The translations under genes were made by a program, and so were the position numbers. Below are positions 26,235 to 29,487 of a DNA stretch of 29,487 nucleotides, piece after piece (the stretch's first letter is position 1; every line of letters starts with the position of its first letter). Under the pieces are notes generated by a model that was not told where the DNA came from, searched no databases, and saw only the letters and a list, made by a program, of their open reading frames with translations. Origin of the DNA: a virus (Duplodnaviria > Caudoviricetes); the IMG/VR virus record IMGVR_UViG_3300037423_001507, positions 1 to 29,487 of that record; one strand, 5' to 3'.

Positions 26235-27180
26235 TCACCCTGAACCCACCACCCAATAGCGCTTGATCACGGGATGCCGAAGGGTTCCTCCGTGCGTCCA
26301 TTCTGTGAACGCTACTCGTGCACGCAACAGCGGCCGGACCCAATACACGCCCCGCTCCCGCCCGGTCGCGCCGGGGACTGGCGGCGGCGTCGGGATATGG
26401 CTGAACGCCGCCAGCAATTCGCGCCGCTGGCCGTCGCTCAGGCCCGAGCCGACCGAGCCGACATAGCGCAGTCCATCGTCAGCGCCAGGCATGGCCAGCA
26501 GCAGCGAGCCAACGCCGGCGCGGGTGCGCGTGTAGCCGACGATGACAAATTCATCTACCAGGCCGCATTTGAGCTTGATCCAGCTCCGGGTGCGCCTGGA
26601 TGCATAGTGCGAGTCGCGGAGCTTTCCGACGATCCCTTCCAGCCCAAGGTCGCAAGCTGCGCGCAGCATGTCTGCCGGGTCACCAGCAAGGGGGGGCGCT
26701 GTAGCGAACCACGCGCTGGTTGACCTTTGGGAGCGCCAGCTCGAGCAGTCGGCGCCGATCCTCCAGCGCCACCGCACGCAGGTCATGCCCGAAGAGGTAC
26801 GGACAATCGAACAGGTAGTAGGTGATCCGCTCGCTTTTACGCGCGTCGATCGACTGCTGCAGCTGGCCAAAATCCGGCAGCCCGCGATCGTCCAAAACGA
26901 CAATCTCGCCGTCGTACCAGCCCGGCGGAAGACAAAGCCTCGCGATTGCGCGGCGCAGGCATTCCAGCTCGCTGGTCCAGTTGTGACCTCTGCGGGTGAA
27001 CAGCTTGATGCTGATTCCCTCTACGCGCGCGAGCAAGCGGTAGCCGTCGTACTTCGCCTCCCATATCCACTCTTCCGGTACCATGGGCGGCTCATGCACG
27101 AGCGTGACTAGTTGCGGCGCCAGCCGGGCTGGTAGCGGCGCGGCAACGGCGGACGGCGGCATCGGCGGGACTCGGGGCAT
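26235..27180 (-). pseudogene. LigD-type ATP-dependent DNA ligase domain, frameshifted in a G7/C7 tract at 26690-26696
   Basis: EAKYDGYR, DGEIV and YYLFD in one frame; GLEGIVGK, RTRSWIKLK and LRHP in another; deleting one C joins them. Confidence 0.8.
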
Positions 27181-27241
27181 GGTCGCTCCTGATCAACCCC
27201 AAGCGTACTCCTATCGGCAATCGAAACCGCCGTTTATCGCC

Positions 27242-27556
27242 TCAGTCGGCCTTCCCGCACTGCTTTCGCTCGACCTTGTCCTTCGCCTTGGCGTCGGCGC
27301 GGGTCTGCCATTGCAGGTTGGGCAGGTCGTCGAGCACCAGGCGCTGAGTCTCGGTCTTCGCGCAGGCCAAGGCAATCTTGTGGTCGACCACATAACCGGC
27401 ACAAATCCCAGAGGTGCGGCCGGTGGCCGGGCATGGGACGGTGGCACGGAAAAGCCGGATGATTTTAGGGTTGCGCTTGAGCCTCCCGAAGTCATCTCTG
27501 GCCGGCGCCTGCGCGTGGGCGAGGACCGGCAACAGGAGCAAGACAAGTAGCTTCAT
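27242..27556 (-). CDS. signal-peptide-bearing HNH-like protein
   Basis: MKLLVLLLLPVLAHA signal peptide; PCPATG...YVVDH...NLQWQT...AKAKDK. Confidence 0.7.
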   Translation of the reverse strand: MKLLVLLLLPVLAHAQAPARDDFGRLKRNPKIIRLFRATVPCPATGRTSGICAGYVVDHKIALACAKTETQRLVLDDLPNLQWQTRADAKAKDKVERKQCGKAD

Positions 27557-27697
27557 GCGCGCATTCTAGAAGCCCGTCCCGTCGCCCCTTTTGCGAACAC
27601 GCAGTTCGCTTGACGTGCCGCCGAGCTCGCCTTGACGGTTAACAAGTTGGCGTAAACACAAGCATGCGAGGATGCCTCATCACATTACGGAGGCAAC

Positions 27698-28189
27698 ATG
27701 GCAGCAGATTTCTACCTGCAGATCGAAGGCATCAAGGGCGAGTCGTCGGACTCGAAGCACGCCGGCTGGATCGAATGCATGTCGGTCAACTGGGATATCC
27801 GGCAACCAAAATCGGCCACGGCTTCGACCGGCGGTGGTCACACCGCTGAGCGCGCCGAGCTCAGCGACATCAGCATAGCCAAGCTGGTTGACCTGTCCTC
27901 GCCCATCCTGGCGCAGCATTGCGCGATGGGGAAGACGATCCCGAAGGCGAAGCTGGAAATGCAACGCGCTGACGGGCAGGGGCAGCCGATAAAGTATTTC
28001 GAGGTCGAGCTCGAGAACGTACTAATCTCGCACATCGCGCCGAGCTTCGACGGCGGTGGGCAGCCAATGGAGAATTTGGGCTTGAAGTTCTCGAAGGTAC
28101 GCTGGCGCTACACGCAGCAAAAGGTGGGCGGCGGCGCTAGCGGCAACACGGCCGGTGGCTGGGATCTGGCCACGAACAGGTTTGCATGA
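27698..28189 (+). CDS. hcp: type VI secretion tube protein Hcp
   Basis: FYLQIEGIKGESSDSKHAGWIE, KLVDLSSPIL, FSKVRWRYTQQ, GWDLATN. Confidence 0.95.
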   Translation: MAADFYLQIEGIKGESSDSKHAGWIECMSVNWDIRQPKSATASTGGGHTAERAELSDISIAKLVDLSSPILAQHCAMGKTIPKAKLEMQRADGQGQPIKYFEVELENVLISHIAPSFDGGGQPMENLGLKFSKVRWRYTQQKVGGGASGNTAGGWDLATNRFA

Positions 28190-28539
28190 TGCGCGCGCTC
28201 ATTCTTTTGGCGCTCGCGCTGCCGGCTTACGCCGCGCCGGTCGGGACCCATCCATTCCCGTGGATGACCGGCGAGCAGCTACTGCGCAAGCTGGACCGAC
28301 CGGCGAGCCAGATCGACGCTGCGGCGACATCAGCCTACCTGCAGGGCGTGATGGACGCCACCGCTGACCGTGAATGGTGCTACAGCGCGACCAAACCCGG
28401 TACCAACCAGGTGCAGCCGGTGCTGACGGACAAGCTGCGCGCGCTGCCACCGGCGCAGGTGCGCCAGAGCGCGGCGGTGCTGGCGGTGCAGGCGTGGCGA
28501 GAGAAGTGGCCTTGCACTGCGGGGTGCTGCCATGCATAG
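28186..28539 (+). CDS. Rap1a/Tai-family T6SS amidase immunity protein
   Basis: Signal peptide; MTGEQL...YLQGVMDA...WC...WPC pattern; adjacent to the amidase effector. Confidence 0.8.
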   Translation: MMRALILLALALPAYAAPVGTHPFPWMTGEQLLRKLDRPASQIDAAATSAYLQGVMDATADREWCYSATKPGTNQVQPVLTDKLRALPPAQVRQSAAVLAVQAWREKWPCTAGCCHA

Positions 28540-29008
28540 ACCACTCTATGCTGTCCTGCGAAGCAAGTATCCCGACAGGCGCTCCGTCAGCGCCGAGGAA
28601 ATCTACCGGTGGATCGGCTACCCGCCCGAGTACGCGAGCGACGCGCGCTGGGCGAATACCTGCGCGGTCCGGATGAGCCTCGCACTAGTGCGCTGCGGGG
28701 TGCCGGTGCCGGGACGGCTGCGCGTGCTGGCCGGCGAGTGCAAGGGCAAGCTGCTCGAGCCGGGGCAGGCGAACCTTTCGCACATGCTGGTGCGCCTGTG
28801 GGGCGCGCCGGAAAAGTACCAAGGTGGCCCGGCGGCGATTAAGGGCATCGGCAGCCGGCGCGGCGTGATCAGCTTCTACCGCCTCTGGAACCCGAGGGAC
28901 CCGCAAGGGCATATCGACATGGTGGCACCGTGGGGTATCAACGACCTGGCATGTGAGGAGGACTGCTACTGGCTGTCGTCGGAGGTGTGGTTCTGGCCGC
29001 TGAAGTAG
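28532..29008 (+). CDS. Tae4-family T6SS peptidoglycan amidase effector
   Basis: NTCAVRMS.AL catalytic Cys, GHID catalytic His, C-terminal VWFWPL. Confidence 0.88.
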   Translation: MHRPLYAVLRSKYPDRRSVSAEEIYRWIGYPPEYASDARWANTCAVRMSLALVRCGVPVPGRLRVLAGECKGKLLEPGQANLSHMLVRLWGAPEKYQGGPAAIKGIGSRRGVISFYRLWNPRDPQGHIDMVAPWGINDLACEEDCYWLSSEVWFWPLK

Positions 29009-29065
29009 CTGCGCATGATTGACTAGGATCAGGCAAGAAGCGCCGGACCGCACTATCGTAGCCGG

Positions 29066-29263
29066 ATGACTCCGCGGACGAACCAGGCCGACGCCATGCT
29101 GATCGATCTTGCCGTGATCCTGCTGCCGCTGGTCGGGCCGCTGGAGGCGGCGCGCATGCTGGTCGACCGAGCGATCCCGCTGCGCCTTGCAGTACGCGCG
29201 CTGGCCAGCAGCAGGCGCCGCGCCATCTACGCGGACATGTTCCAGCCGTCGATGCCGGCCTGA
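29066..29263 (+). CDS. hypothetical protein
   Basis: 65 aa ORF with protein-like composition. Confidence 0.45.
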   Translation: MTPRTNQADAMLIDLAVILLPLVGPLEAARMLVDRAIPLRLAVRALASSRRRAIYADMFQPSMPA

Positions 29264-29430
29264 CGCATGCGCGACTCGTCCTCGCGCCGGGTGTACATCA
29301 GCACGGCGCCGCACGGCTGACCGCACTTGCACATCAACTGCAGCGTGTGAACGCCCGCCCGCTTGGCCTTCACGAAGCGCGGGGCCTTGCCGCAGGAGCA
29401 CGGGCGCACCATCGGTTTCTGTGCACTCAT
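29227..29430 (-). CDS. Lar-like small zinc-binding phage protein
   Basis: GGAGG RBS; RPCSCG...CKCG...IDGWN pattern. Confidence 0.55.
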   Translation of the reverse strand: MSAQKPMVRPCSCGKAPRFVKAKRAGVHTLQLMCKCGQPCGAVLMYTRREDESRMRQAGIDGWNMSA

Positions 29431-29487
29431 GCAGCCTCCAGCATCTCGGGAGTGACGGTGTTGCGGCATACCTGGCCAAATTCGCTG

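Noticed and set aside
27647-27665. Sigma-54 promoter upstream of hcp
   Set aside because: GG-to-GC spacing is off by one base from the -24/-12 rule

Overview
Most of the window is the early/regulatory half of a GC-rich lambdoid temperate phage, probably of a Burkholderiales host (inferred from gene content and the tRNA-His fragment). The minus strand runs from cro through CII-like, methyltransferase, RuvC-like, replication initiator, DnaC-like and Q-like genes to the late promoter region. The plus strand runs from a cI-like repressor and a PL-type operon (rdgC, many small nin-like genes) to an excisionase, a tyrosine integrase and a tRNA-His 3' att core. The main result is a complete diversity-generating retroelement (target1-avd-TR-RT, 17470-19852). 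Its single template repeat also matches a second, remote target gene about 6.7 kb away on the opposite strand (11785-12174), with internal differences only at TR adenines. Both targets are small DUF1566/C-type-lectin-like proteins without signal peptides, located in the two early operons, and are not tail fibres. The att core has arm-type repeats on both sides (attP-like). Beyond it lie a frameshifted LigD-like ligase, a signal-peptide HNH-like protein and an orphan hcp-immunity-Tae4 T6SS cassette. Family names come from motif recognition, not database searches.
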